From Utricularia gibba (taxonomy: Eukaryota; Plantae; Magnoliophyta), in the NCBI GenBank assembly GCA_002189035.1, contig NEEC01000002.1, positions 2,046,001 to 2,110,000 of the forward strand: a DNA stretch of 64,000 nt, read 5' to 3'. Position numbers and translations under genes: made by a program. Below the pieces are notes generated by a model. The model saw only the letters and a list, made by a program, of their open reading frames with translations, had not been told where the DNA came from and did no database searches. Below are positions 49,865 to 64,000 of this stretch, piece by piece (position 1 is the first letter of the stretch; every line of letters begins with the position of its first letter).

Positions 49865-50939
49865 TCAGCTTGTGGATCTGAAAAATGCAAAAATGGCGAC
49901 GAAGAGTGAAACTACTGCAGATACGATGAGGATGTCCATGTTCCTCTTGATCATCTCCTCCATTTCCTTTTTCTCTACCCTTCTTTTCAAGAATTCTCTG
50001 TACCTCTCCTTCTCCGTCTGCCCTCCTGATAACCGCCGCCGCCGCGCTGCCATCGCTTCTTGGACCGCTATCAGACTTTCTGTTCCGGAGAGTGGTCTCA
50101 GGTTCAAATCCTCCACCTGCAAGCTCACATCCACCACCTCCATCTCTCCGCCGTGGCTTCCGCCGCAGGTGACCACCACGCTGCACTGAGCCATCTCGCC
50201 GGCGGGACCTGGCACCACCGTCGCGTACCGGAGTTTGATGAAGCCGTTTAGCCAGTGACGGTTAGCTTCCACGGGCTTCAACCCCGTGACACTGAATGCT
50301 CGTCTCTGAGACGGGTCGATCAGAATCCAGCTCACTCTCAGCCTCGCCTCCACCGTGTCGACGCACTCCTCCGCCTCGTCGTCGAATCTCAACGGCGTAG
50401 GTATCTTCTCTTTGGGACTCAAAATTTGGAGTTTGAATGGGGAGCTGAGAAACTGTTGAGTGTGTTGTCAAATTGGAGAAATAATCCCAAATCCTTGTGT
50501 TGCTTAAAATCATTATTTATTATTTAAATACCTCATCGGAGAGAGTTTCCGTCGAGAGATCTGTAGACCACAAGGCTTGATCATCGCAGTAGATATCGAC
50601 GGCGGAGATGAGCCTCTCTATACTCGGATACGCCGCCGTGTTCCGATTCCGGCAGCGGGGTTTGAGGGTCGGACAAGGGACCGTGATGCAATCATAATAG
50701 AGGGATCGATACCCAGAGTCCAGAGCGGAGAGCGACTCCCCGGCAACGGAGGGCCACGTGGAGGTGCATATACCTCTCCATAGGGACTCCTCCGAGCACA
50801 AGGAGCGCCAATTCCGAGAAGCGGAGCTCAAGGAGGCCAGAGACCGGCCGTCGATCCGTTTCAGGACGTTAAACTGCAAGAGGTGAGGCGGCAAATCAGA
50901 GACGGCTGTGCCGGAGGTAGTGGCGTGAGGAGGAGTCAT
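49865..50939 (-). CDS. F-box protein, At2g27310/At2g36090-like with C-terminal TM (exons 50939-50532, 50452-49865)
   Basis: F-box SDLPPHLLQFNVLKRIDGRSLASLSSAS...LWRGICTSTWPS, LISAVDIY, TETLSDE|FLSSPFKLQIL, LRVSWILIDP..RRA, RHWLNG...LRYATV and VSLQVEDL...LSGTESL, then a hydrophobic tail. A 79-nt phase-0 GT-AG intron at 50531-50453 joins the two track ORFs. Confidence 0.85.
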
Positions 50940-52166
50940 CTGAAAAGAAATTGTGGGGGCAGACACGCACCTGGGTGATGTGTATTTGTAGCAACACTCA
51001 GGTCAATTTTGGCAGCTGACCAGTCAACAAATTTGAGAGGTATGCTATAACAAGAAAAGCCACGTCATTTGTTGAAAATATCCTCCCACCCTACCCTAAC
51101 AAGTCAGTTCAAGACTTATTTTCGGAGTTTTCAACTTTGGACGACATATATATAGATATAGTTTAGTACATTTTAAGTTTTTATATTAATATGATTAAAA
51201 TTAATTTAAAAAATAGATAATTCTAAAAAATATAAATTCATTTTATATAGAGTATTATTTAAGAAAGTTATCATTTAAATAAAGATTTATCATTTTGTTC
51301 CTATATAATATCATTATGTTTTAATATATTAGAATCAAATTCCGGCTTTTAACTCATTGTAAGATAAATCTCAGCGAAGATGTTGAGTTTATAAGGAGTG
51401 GAAGGGCCCGATCCAATAAAAGGATTAAGGAAGTTAACTGAATCCTATATCAATTACAAATAAGATAGAATTATAGTTTATATAGAAATAATTTTTTAAT
51501 TTTATATGATGTTTTTTTTTCAAAAAAATAATGTAAAATTATAAAAATTGAATATTTAAAACGGATAATAGTAAACAAAAAGATGATGGTTCATTACATA
51601 ATGGCTTATGAATATTTTTTCTTGAAATAATAGAGTGACATTACACTTTAATATAATCATATTGTAATTAATAAATAAATTTATGTTTCACTATATAATA
51701 AGTATTAAGTAAAAAACTTATTTTGGTATATAATATTATTATTTATCAAATATTTGATTTATAATATGAACATTTAATTTTCACAATCTTGGGATCACTA
51801 ATTCATATGTCTAAATAATTCATTTTTTTTTAAAAAAATTCGTTCATTAAATATTGTTTTGAAAAATTTTTGAAATCTATTTATATTTTTTAAAAAATAA
51901 AAATAATTTTATTTTAAAACAATATCAATTAGTAAAAGTAATTTTATCAAAAATACTTTTAAAATTGTATTACAAAAATTATTTTTAGAAAAATAATGAG
52001 TAGTTTATTTTCACTTATTATTTTTAATTTTCTGTAATAATTTTGAAAAATTAAAAATAAATTTTAAAAATTTTCATAACTTTAAGAACTGAATTTAGTC
52101 ACTAGCTCGGGTCCATTCGATCGGCCCAATTACATGGCCCATGAAAATACGTTTATTTTACGTGTC

Positions 52167-52443
52167 TTATTTGGTTGGTAAATAGAATGGGATAAAATAA
52201 TTTTAATTTAATTGATTTTAGTTAAATAAATATGAAGTAAAAAAAATTTAATTCATGTTTAATTATTAGAATTAAAAATTGGATTAAGTAATTCTAAGTA
52301 AATAAATAAGGATTAATAATTTTAAATATATTCATGTATATAGAAAAACCTTGTAATTCCTAAATTATTTAAATCTATCAAATAAATATTTTATAATTTA
52401 TAATGTTTTTAGCTAAACTGACGTAATTCTATCAACCAAACAC
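52167..52443. mobile_element. Possible Tourist/PIF-Harbinger-like MITE remnant
   Basis: An AT-rich segment of about 280 bp is bounded by imperfect inverted ends (tatttggttggtaaatagaat ... attctatcaaccaaacac). A second ctaaacac end lies near 52529. No clean TSD. Confidence 0.35.
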
Positions 52444-52939
52444 TACTTAAGGATACATGGAGTTGAAGGAATTAGGTTCTTTTGATAGATAGACTATAAA
52501 TTGAGTGAATTTTATTTGTGGGGTTTATCTAAACACAATGCATACTTATAATATGTACGTATAAATCTAAATTTGACGTAAGTTTGATCGAATTAGTTAA
52601 ATTCAGATATGATGTATAGAAATTATGTCATGCGGACTATGGATGAAAATAAAGTAAATGGGAACTAATTCCTAACACACGAAATGAAACGGCGTGAGAA
52701 AGCTTTGGGACATTAAAAAAAAAAAAGAGGAAGAAAATTGAGAGTTGGCAACCCTAGAAATTTTACTCAATAGAATTGGGAATTGTCGGACGTGTTTGCT
52801 CCATAATTGATGTCGTCATGTCCTGAGTGATTTTGAAGGATTACCACAACACGCTTTCGTGTTTTTCAGTGGTTCGCATAAAAATCCGTCCAAGATCCAA
52901 TATTGGAACCTTCAATTCCGGTCAATCGGCGGAAGCCCG

Positions 52940-55572
<2,633 letters not shown>

Positions 55573-56033
55573 CAGACCCCCCTCAGGTGCTGCATATATG
55601 TCTCTGTTTTCAATTTGTTTCACTTGCAGCCGCATGTTTCTTTACATCGATGGCTTGTCCAAATTATCATTCTCTATCAATGCTCTCGGGCGAATTGAAA
55701 GAAACACTTGTTTGCCAGTGTTGTTATCCTTGGGGAGAAACAACATTTTTTAGAATATGTTGTTTATGCTTATTGAATGCTACCTTTTGTCCCACTTTGG
55801 TTCGTATCAAATAGTATTCATAAAAAGTTCATACTCAATCGAGAAATCCTGAAAGAGCAGAATCAAACCGCCCGAAAGCTGATATCTTCTACCAACTACT
55901 GCTAGCTATGTGCAAAGTCTCTACCTTGAAAATGAATGCAATTTCAGGAAGCATTGTAAAAGTTTGCCTTCACTGACTGACTTGTTGTAATGCTACAGTA
56001 TGACCATACAGCCAAACTTGATGTCGGCATTCA

Positions 56034-58543
56034 TCAAATGATGAACCTTTTGACTCCTTTTCGTTGTCTTTTACCACGGTGATTCGAGGTGACGGCACAA
56101 GAAAACGCATTCATGAGCTCTTTGTCTTCAACATTAATCAGCATGTTAGCAGCACTTGGATTGGAAATGAGGAGTTTCGCCACCAGATACCCTGCAATAG
56201 ACCATGTCTGAAACAAGCGTGCTTGCTTCCCAATGAATCTTGCTCCTTTGGTGTCATAATATTCAGGCCATTTGTCCCGCGATAGCCTCCTCTCGGCAAC
56301 CTTGATAGCTCTTTCCGCTATATCGGGTCTGTTCATCTTTATGCACGCCACGGTCAGCTGAAGTAGCAAAGTATGTGGAGAAATCATGAGTACAAAGCTT
56401 CATGTATGCATAACAGGCTCTCAAGGAAGAAGAAACTGAATGAAACTTAACCTGCCAAAGCAATGTTGGCCAGGAACCTCCATTGTGGTAAGACCAAGGG
56501 CTGCAAACAAGAGAAACGTATGATATCATGAGCATGTTCAGTTGCCAGCATAGCTTAAAGTAGAACTATGACAGAGCACACACGTGTTTTTTGGGTCACT
56601 GCCTGTGATTATTCGCCATTCCTGGCCATCCAAAGCAGGGTAGCATATCTTCAGAGGCATGGTAGCAACAAGATCAGACCATTTTCCTTCAACAAGATCG
56701 AGAATGGCATGGGACTGTTCAGTGGTAGCAAGATTGCAGACCACAGACCATAAGTTTCCAAGTGAAAAGAAGCGAAAATCCATATGAGCTGGCTGCAAAT
56801 TCCCTATAAGATAGCCCCCCTTCTGAGGAATCCATTCAACAAGCCAGTGAGGGATTTGGTCCGGATATATGTTGAATTTGTTGACTGCATCAAATGAGTA
56901 TTCCTCGGTCTTGTACCGGTATATTTCATTCAGCTTGTTCATGTCAACCCAGTAGTACTCACGGATGTGGATCGACAACGCTACTAAGCGATTATTAAGT
57001 GCCCTGATAAGATCAGCAGAAGCATCTTCTGGAGCAAGCATCTCTCGTGCACAGAGCAAAGCTGAATAGAATAATGCCTGAAAGAAAAGAACACAAATGT
57101 CTCAAGTACTGCATGTCAAAATGAAGCCATTGTTTCCTGATTAAAGCACTTTGGAATATTTTTTTACTGCCAATATACTCATATCCTCCCTGAAACTAGC
57201 TCACTTGATGAGCACAAGAATAAGTGTTAAGAAAACCTGTATTTCAAGAGGGTGTCCATGTATTCCCATGCGGCGATCGATCATGCATGAGCCATCCGTT
57301 ACAAGCAGAGTTGGAAACATATCAAAACCATCCGCTAAACACAGCTTTAGAATCATCTTGATTCCAGTTTGAACATCTACTCTTTCCTGGACTGAAAGGT
57401 CTCCAGTGTATTTCCCATATGCTCGTAGCAATATGATCCACCATAGCCCTGAGAAAGCAAAATATGAGGCTTAACATTATACTACGCGTAACAAGAATCA
57501 GAGAACTGAAAAAAAGACTGACCAGAATCAACTGGTGCTACCCGACCAATTGCAGCCTCTCCAAAGTCAGGATCTAAGACCTCTTCTGTTGCAGATTCAT
57601 CACCTTCCAGGGGTATGGCCCTCACTTTGAAGCTTGCTGGCATTAACCCTTGTCCAGGACTATGGCAGTCCATCGTTTTCTCCCAACTCTATTAAAGTGT
57701 ACAGGTTACTTCAAAAAATATAAAACGCTTCAATGGTTTCATTCTTCAAAACTTTCAGGACAAAAGGATAACAGAAAGAAGCCAAGGCGTTCCACGTTTA
57801 GAATGAGGGCAGTATTCTTTTGCATGTGCAGAAAGAATAATCATCATATCAAAACAAGAGTATGAAGTTACCTGCAGCTGAAGAGTGTGCAGTATGAAAT
57901 TCCTGACGACTTCATATTCTCCCTTTAGCAGGAAAGCAATCCCGGAAGGAATAAAATCACGGATAAACACTTGATCATAATTGAGCATGTTTGAATCACT
58001 TGGATCATTAGCAGCAATAGTACCTATTGGATTTCCACAATAGTATACTAGTGATGCTTTTAGCAACTGCCATGCTTCATCCTCCAAAGAGTTCAAATCA
58101 GCCCTGCTAAAGCCCTCATCTGTTTTCTCTCTCCCGATTGCCAATCCATCATCAGCAACAGCTCCGTTATCATACATAAGAGACTGCTTTGTCCCATCAC
58201 CGCCATCAAGATCCTTAGCTGTACCATTTTGCAATCTTGCGTCCAAATCCTCTCTAAATACCTCACGAACACTTTCTGCTCCGAGACAATTGCAATAATA
58301 ATTTTTTGGTTGCTTGTAGAATAAATCTCTTTGTATACCATATCTACACAAATTCAGATAATTTACTCGGTAATCTTGAGATGAATTCAGGCCCCCTTTC
58401 ACTATCCATTTGCGATATCCATCATCCCTTTGGATCCTGATACTGTGCTTGAAGGAAAGCAGGGAACTTGATCCCTGACCTGTGTAACCTGGTAGCGGCG
58501 GTGTGCCGCACAGAACACGAATGGCTACTTTGGCAGCTGCCAT
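56034..58543 (-). CDS. INVE: Alkaline/neutral invertase, plastid (INV-E) clade, GH100
   Basis: Transit-like N-terminus, [28 protein letters not shown]...[79 protein letters not shown] and WPEYYD. The [11 protein letters not shown] variant fits the plastid rather than the mitochondrial clade. Confidence 0.92.
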
Positions 58544-59569
58544 TTATACCCCGAATGGACACTCCCGAATCCCAGACAAAAAAATTAAAAAAACAGCACA
58601 AATGCTTGATACTCCTGCGAAACAAAGCTATTATCAGAGCGCGCTCCAAAGACAAAAGAAAATGACTATCACCCGCAAAAGTGAACTGAAAATGATTTTT
58701 TTTCAGCGATCCGACAGAAACCGAAATCTCAAAATTGAAAAGGAATTGATTTCCAGAGCTCACACATCTCCAGATTCCAACAGCAGCAAGCAAAAAGAGG
58801 GATTTCCACTCCCAAAGTAATGGTTGAAAAGAATTTAAGAAAAACAAACATGGGCTGATGAAAATGGGACGACAAAGATATATTCCTCGCATTCGAAATT
58901 AACAGAAGTTATTCATGTCCCTCACCTTGATGATCCCTGATATCCAACACTGATCATAGACGAGGGCGGACCCAGAGCGCGACCCAGAAGAAGAAGAGAA
59001 ATATCTCGCGGCAGGAACTGAAAAACAAACTACCTGTCTCGCTGCCCCCAAGAAAATATCCTCGATACGAACTCTTAGAAAAGAAGAACCTCCATACTCA
59101 ATATCCTCCTTTGTGGACCAATCCCTGCCTCAAAATTATCAACTTTGACGCACACACGTCGTACTCAATTCGTGCACGTTTGTGGTGTGCCTTGGGCTCG
59201 CTTCTTCCTTCATACACCCCAAAAATGGAGTTTTTATGTGGCAAATGATAATCATCCATTATTCGATTTCGAGTACTTCATTCACGTTGCTTTGATTATT
59301 CAGGTTTTTATATGTTCGTAGTGTCATCACATTGAATTGATAGAAAAATGCATAACACCTCAAAGACAAAAAACATCATATATATTTATTTAAACACAAA
59401 TAATTCAAATACATCCATAATTATGTTATTCCGCACCCAAAAAACTTCATGAACCAACCCTTTTGAGATATGTTGAATGTATCGCCTGCTTCTGGTATAT
59501 TGTTTTCAGGTTAGAGTCCACAAGCATATTCCGAGGTAAGATGATCAGTGGAATGTCCCTTGCCTGTAA

Positions 59570-60460
59570 CACATGCCTCTGATCATCAAGCTCAAATCTG
59601 GCTACAATGGAAGGATCCCATTTGAGCACCATCAGAAGTACACACACCATCACTACCAGCAGCAAACCACAGCAATCACAGAGCTATCTTCCATGAACAT
59701 TAACTAGGCGTAGGCTGTCACTCTGGATTCCTCCGATATCCTATACAACTTTCCTTGCATCACAGAGTCAAACTTGTCAGCCAATGACTTCCTATGGCCC
59801 TGAATAAAAACATCAGCTTTCATCAGACTTCAAGATTCCAAATGCGCCGTAGTAAATTCTAATTTTTTATACAGCTATAACTAAGTTCATCAACAACTCT
59901 TGGTTGCCACAGCTTCTCAAACGTGTTTCTGTCTAGCTTTCATGATGGATTTGACATCTTATAAAAAAAAAAAAATAGGCGTGTATCATGAAACTCAAAC
60001 CCATCTCGAAAGCCCACATATAAAAAAATCTAATCTTCAACTAAAATTGAGCAACAACCATACAAACTCAAATAAGCCAATGCCAGTGTTTACCCCACCG
60101 TACCCCCAATAGAAATGAAATAAATGATATCCGGACCAAATAAAAAGGAGGGAGCATGTCACCGGAATACAATGCCCACTATCTAATACCATCATTAATT
60201 TATTATCAAAGCATGGGGCATATCTCAGATTCAGAGTTGATATCCATATGCCACAGCATGTCAAATTGCTCACTCCTTCCACAAATACCCGTAACTGAAG
60301 TTAAAAATAAGCAAAGCCTCACATAAAAAAACAATCGCCTGACCGTAGATTAAGTCGGAATAAGCATGTCAAATTCTCAAGTACCTTTATCGAACGTCTT
60401 GCCGTCTGGATCAACCGCTTCAAGTCGGAAAACGTCCTCGAGGAGAAAGATGACGGAAAT
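59570..60460 (-). pseudogene. NRPB8: RPB8 (RPABC3/NRPB8, shared RNA polymerase subunit) pseudogene with retained introns
   Basis: Exon to 60385: IFLLEDVFRLEAVDPDGKTFDK|, with no in-frame ATG. Exon 60294-60163: VTGICGRSEQFDMLWHMDINSESEICPML*, then shifted DNKLMMVLDSGHCIP. Exon from 59799: GHRKSLADKFDSVMQGKLYRISEE...*, then LMVLKWDPSIVARFELDDQ. These match RPB8 motifs (FEDIF..DPDGKKFDK|VTR, LADKYEYIMHGKLYKIS, LMLLQGDP...FELDQR) but carry stops and frameshifts. Confidence 0.85.
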
Positions 60461-61511
60461 TGAAAATGAAACAAAATTAGAAAACCATTTCCGAGAAGCG
60501 GGCCGACGGCCCATGAGCCGGATTTCTATTTTTTATCAGCCCAAATGCGCGGGAAGTTCCTCTCATTTTCACCGACCGACGGCTTCAATAAAACAAAATA
60601 AAAAATAAAGAGTCACTGACCGACAAAGGAATCCACTCCCTTGATGTGGGAGCTGTGGATGCTCCTGTCGAGTAATACTTTTCCATCCACTGATTAAATG
60701 GAAAGAATGCTATTCCGTTTGCGTAGTTGAATCTTTGCTGCCTCCGGTAAGGTTTAGCCTCATCTCGTTTCTGTATGTGATTTTGTGTGTTTTTATGTGA
60801 TGTGTAGTGAGTGGTTGAAGTTGATTTTCCATTTTCATTCTCTTAACTATTTGTTTTCCGTTGCTTATTGCTGTAAGTGGGCTTTTTATAGAAAGGTAGT
60901 TAGCTTTTATGTTTGTTCTATGTATGTTTGTGGATGCTTACTGCTAATTCATAAAGAATTCCTTTTTTTTATAAATTCTTGTTGTGTCGATGAATCTGTC
61001 AACTGTTTGTATTCATTCTGTTACGGCTGCTCTTTAATTTCACCTTCTTTATGCCATCATTATATATACGCAATGGTGCTTGTGTTAATGAATACCTTTA
61101 GCAGCTGAACTATGTTTTCTTTTATTTTCTGAAGAGATCAGCCATTCCCACTAGTCAAAATGCGTCTCAGAGCTTGCACTGTGTTCGAAACCTAATTTTC
61201 ACTGTTACGCAAATTCAGATTAATTTTGGTGCCTGAAGGGTTGCGTGATAAAAAAAAATTGTTTGCTAAAGCTATAAGCATCTGGAAAACGCCAACTTCG
61301 CATTCTATCCTTGCAGTAGCTGCGTGATGTCTACGGCCATGATGATAATCTATACTTATAACATATAAATGGACGAATGAATTCTTCCTCTATGTATAGC
61401 AGTTTTGATGTTGTCAAAATTTACATTCTTCTCATTATCATCAGTATACACACATTTTAACTTTATATACAAGTACGATGTCTTCTCTGAGTCTATGCGC
61501 GTTTTTCAGAT

Positions 61512-63024
61512 ATGATTGTCCCAATACTGGTTGGGGCAGTTGTTGGTTTCCTCAGTTATGTTCATCTAAAAATAAGGCCACCACCCCCTAAAATATGTGG
61601 TTCGCCCGGTGGACCTCTGGTTTCTTCAACAAGAGTTAAACTTCATGATGGAAGGCATCTTGCCTACAGGGAAAGGGGTGTTTCCAAGGAAGAAGCCAGA
61701 TACAAGATTATTATATGTCATGGATTTGATGATTCTAAAGATTTTTGTCTTCCTGTCTCTGAAGTAAGAAGATATCATCTTTCTCATAATTATTTAGCAT
61801 ATGGGTTGTGTTGTGCTGTTTATCCTAATAGATTGTTGAGCTATTTTGATTTTTGTATGGAATTAGAAGGATTGACATTATGTCTGTCATGCTTATTAGA
61901 ATTCCAAAAAGTATATATTTTTCTTTTCTTTTTTCTTATGGACACTCCTTCCAGGTTTGATGCTAGAAAATCTTTTGATGCTGCATACATGATTGTGTTT
62001 GATTAAACGCAAAGCATTAGCTTGTATATTGGATGTCACACCCACGATTCTATCCGTTTTCAGGATTTCATAAATGAGAACCGTGTTTACATTCTGTCAT
62101 ATGATCGTGCCGGCTATGGGGAAAGCGATCCCAATCCCTCAAGATCCGTCAAAAGTGAAGCATATGATATTCAGGAGCTTGCTGACAAGTTGGAACTCGG
62201 TCCCAAGTTTTATTTGATTGGCATGTCAATGGGAGCATATGCTGTTTACGGTTGCCTAATGTACATACCACACAGGTAGTTCAAAAATCTTAACAGGAAC
62301 ATTTCCTTTGTGCATATGAGATATAGAAATCCCGAATGCTCAGCACCATTGTTTTATCCTTGAGAGGCTGTCAGGAGCTGCGCTTGTTGCTCCATTTATT
62401 CACTATTGGTGGCATTGCTTCCCTGCCGAACTACTGAAGGAAGCATTTGATATTTTACTCCCACAAGATCAGTGGACCTTTCGGATTGCGCATTACGCCC
62501 CATGGCTATTCAACTGGTGGATGAATCAAAAGTGGTTCCCTTCCTTCAGTGTCCTCCAAGGAAAGCTTGACTATTTCGGCCCTTGGGACCTTGACGTCAT
62601 AAAGCAGGCATCTGGAGCTGGAAATGACAGCAGGGTAAGCTTCATCTTCATTACCCGATACCAATAGCTATGATACAAAATGCATTTACAGTCCAGCGCT
62701 GACAAGTTCCCTCCTTCCTCCTTCCATTCACAGGAAAAAGTCAGGCAACAAGGCGTTCATGAGTGCTTGCACCGGGATATGATCGCCGGCTTCGGACAGT
62801 GGGGTTTCGAGCCAATAGGCATCACTGGTCGGCTTGACAAGAGTGCAACACGCGTTCATGTATGGCAAGGCCGTGAAGACAAATTCCTTTTGTACAAAGT
62901 GAATAGATACCTGTCTCTGGAGCTTCTTCCATGGACTGAGTATCACGAAGTAGCCGACGCAGGGCATCTGCTGATCTACGATCCTGCTGTTTGCGAAGCC
63001 GTCTTCATATCGCTCCTGTCGTAA
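61512..63024 (+). CDS. Alpha/beta-hydrolase (Abhydrolase_1, plant PPPPKICGSPGGP subfamily)
   Basis: N-terminal anchor followed by RPPPPKICGSPGGP...VKLHDGRHLAYRE, ICHGF, SYDRAGYGESDPNP and nucleophile elbow GMSMG. WQGRED and the catalytic-His region DAGHLL follow. There is a probable leader intron at about 60748-61509. Confidence 0.9.
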
Positions 63025-63578
63025 GAATGGGAACTCTCCCGCCTTCTCATCAGAATAAGATGAAGCACCCTGCCTCATGGTCGTGTTGTAAAGACGTTAA
63101 AGATGCCTCCTGTATATTTCTTATACCTGCGAGTATTTCGTGATTCGTGCCCAACATTAATATTTTATATACAACAGTTTTTTATTTTAAAGAATTAATT
63201 TTCCTATCGAATACAAATCCTTATTTTTAAATAATTCGAAAATTAAAAAAATATTTTTCATATTAGAATCTTAATTCTAGATAACATAGAATTGCTTGCT
63301 TGGTTCGGATATTGATCATCCTTCACTGAACACGAGATTGGTGTATTCTTCTCGCTGATTAGAACAGACAATGCGCGATGCGTGAAAAAATAGAAACACA
63401 TGTGAAGCGGTTTAAAAGTGACATGAAGAAGATATATGAATGAGGAAGCACCTAAAAGGCTAGTAGACATGCAGCGAACAATCAGTGTGGGATTTATGGG
63501 GGCGGTGTCGTATTGGGCAAAATGAAGGAACAGATCCATGCAGGTAGAGAGAAGCAGAGGGTATGGTTGAGAAAGGTC

Positions 63579-64000
63579 TTAGCTTGCGAGTGTTTGTGAG
63601 GTGGCTTTCTTTATGGCTTCGGCGTACGTCTGGTATTGGTACGTTAGGGTGGAGTCCAGAAGATCCCAGAGCGATGTCTTTGGGCTCCAGCCTGAAACAT
63701 GAAATATGCGCCTGTAAGAAATTATCACAGAAGAAGATTATCGGGATGAGGAAGGAAGGAAGGAAGGAGCGTTCACCAAGCTGTTTGTTTATTATGGTCA
63801 TATCCGGGATCCTCTTGTCGCTGTCATCATATCCTTCGCCGTAGAATTCACTGGAGCTCACATCAATGGTGGGGGCCTCCAGTGAAGGTTCTTTGGTGAC
63901 CTTGGCATAAATCTAGGTACAAGCAAATGTGGATTTAAGAAGATTACGGGGGACAGCTATATGAAATAGACAAAAGGATTACTTACATCCGTCATCATTT
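63579..64000 (-). CDS. AXS: UDP-D-apiose/UDP-D-xylose synthase, 3' end (partial; continues beyond the window)
   Basis: EMMTD|IYAKVTKEPSLEAPTIDVSSSEFYGEGYDDSDKRIPDMTIINKQL|GWSPKTSLWDLLDSTLTYQYQTYAEAIKKA...* matches the AXS1/AXS2 C-terminus. Stop TAA at 63581-63579. Confidence 0.92.

Noticed and set aside
51358-51458. 101-bp TG...CA segment with GGGCCC and AATAAA, resembling a solo LTR
   Set aside because: It is very short, has no TSD, no PBS/PPT and no second copy in the window.
60642-60652. TCCCACATCA on the minus strand, similar to the plant snRNA upstream sequence element
   Set aside because: There is no proper TATA at the expected spacing and no snRNA, 7SL or U3-like sequence downstream.

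Overview
Nuclear DNA from a gene-dense eudicot-type plant with short introns and AT-rich spacers. The compactness resembles small genomes such as Lentibulariaceae, but the organism is only an inference. I can support 22 protein-coding genes: HSFB4-like, RSS3-like bHLH-MYC_N, TIC40, eIF3d, LEA3, DnaJ type B, ARF3/ETTIN with two tasiR-ARF sites, CCCH-RRM, UBC19/20, RING, CPK17/34, MOC1, SCAB, DNAJC8-like, GT14-like, NHL, MBD, F-box, VPS4/SKD1, plastid alkaline/neutral invertase, an alpha/beta hydrolase and the 3' end of AXS. Two intron-retaining gene relics are absent from the ORF track as recognisable genes: an RPB8 pseudogene and a REN/PH-RhoGAP C-terminal fragment. A degenerate GRF zinc-finger frame lies between MOC1 and SCAB. 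At least seven otherwise intact genes each lack one base, mostly in G/C homopolymers, which most likely reflects assembly indel error rather than real pseudogenisation. I found no tRNA, rRNA, CRISPR, organellar insert or intact transposon. I did not find a convincing novel multi-gene system. The best leads are the gene relics, a candidate intron gain, uORFs, 3'UTR introns, a GC-AG intron, and convergent DnaJ/ETT transcription near the tasiR-ARF sites. All protein identifications come from recalled family motifs, not database searches.
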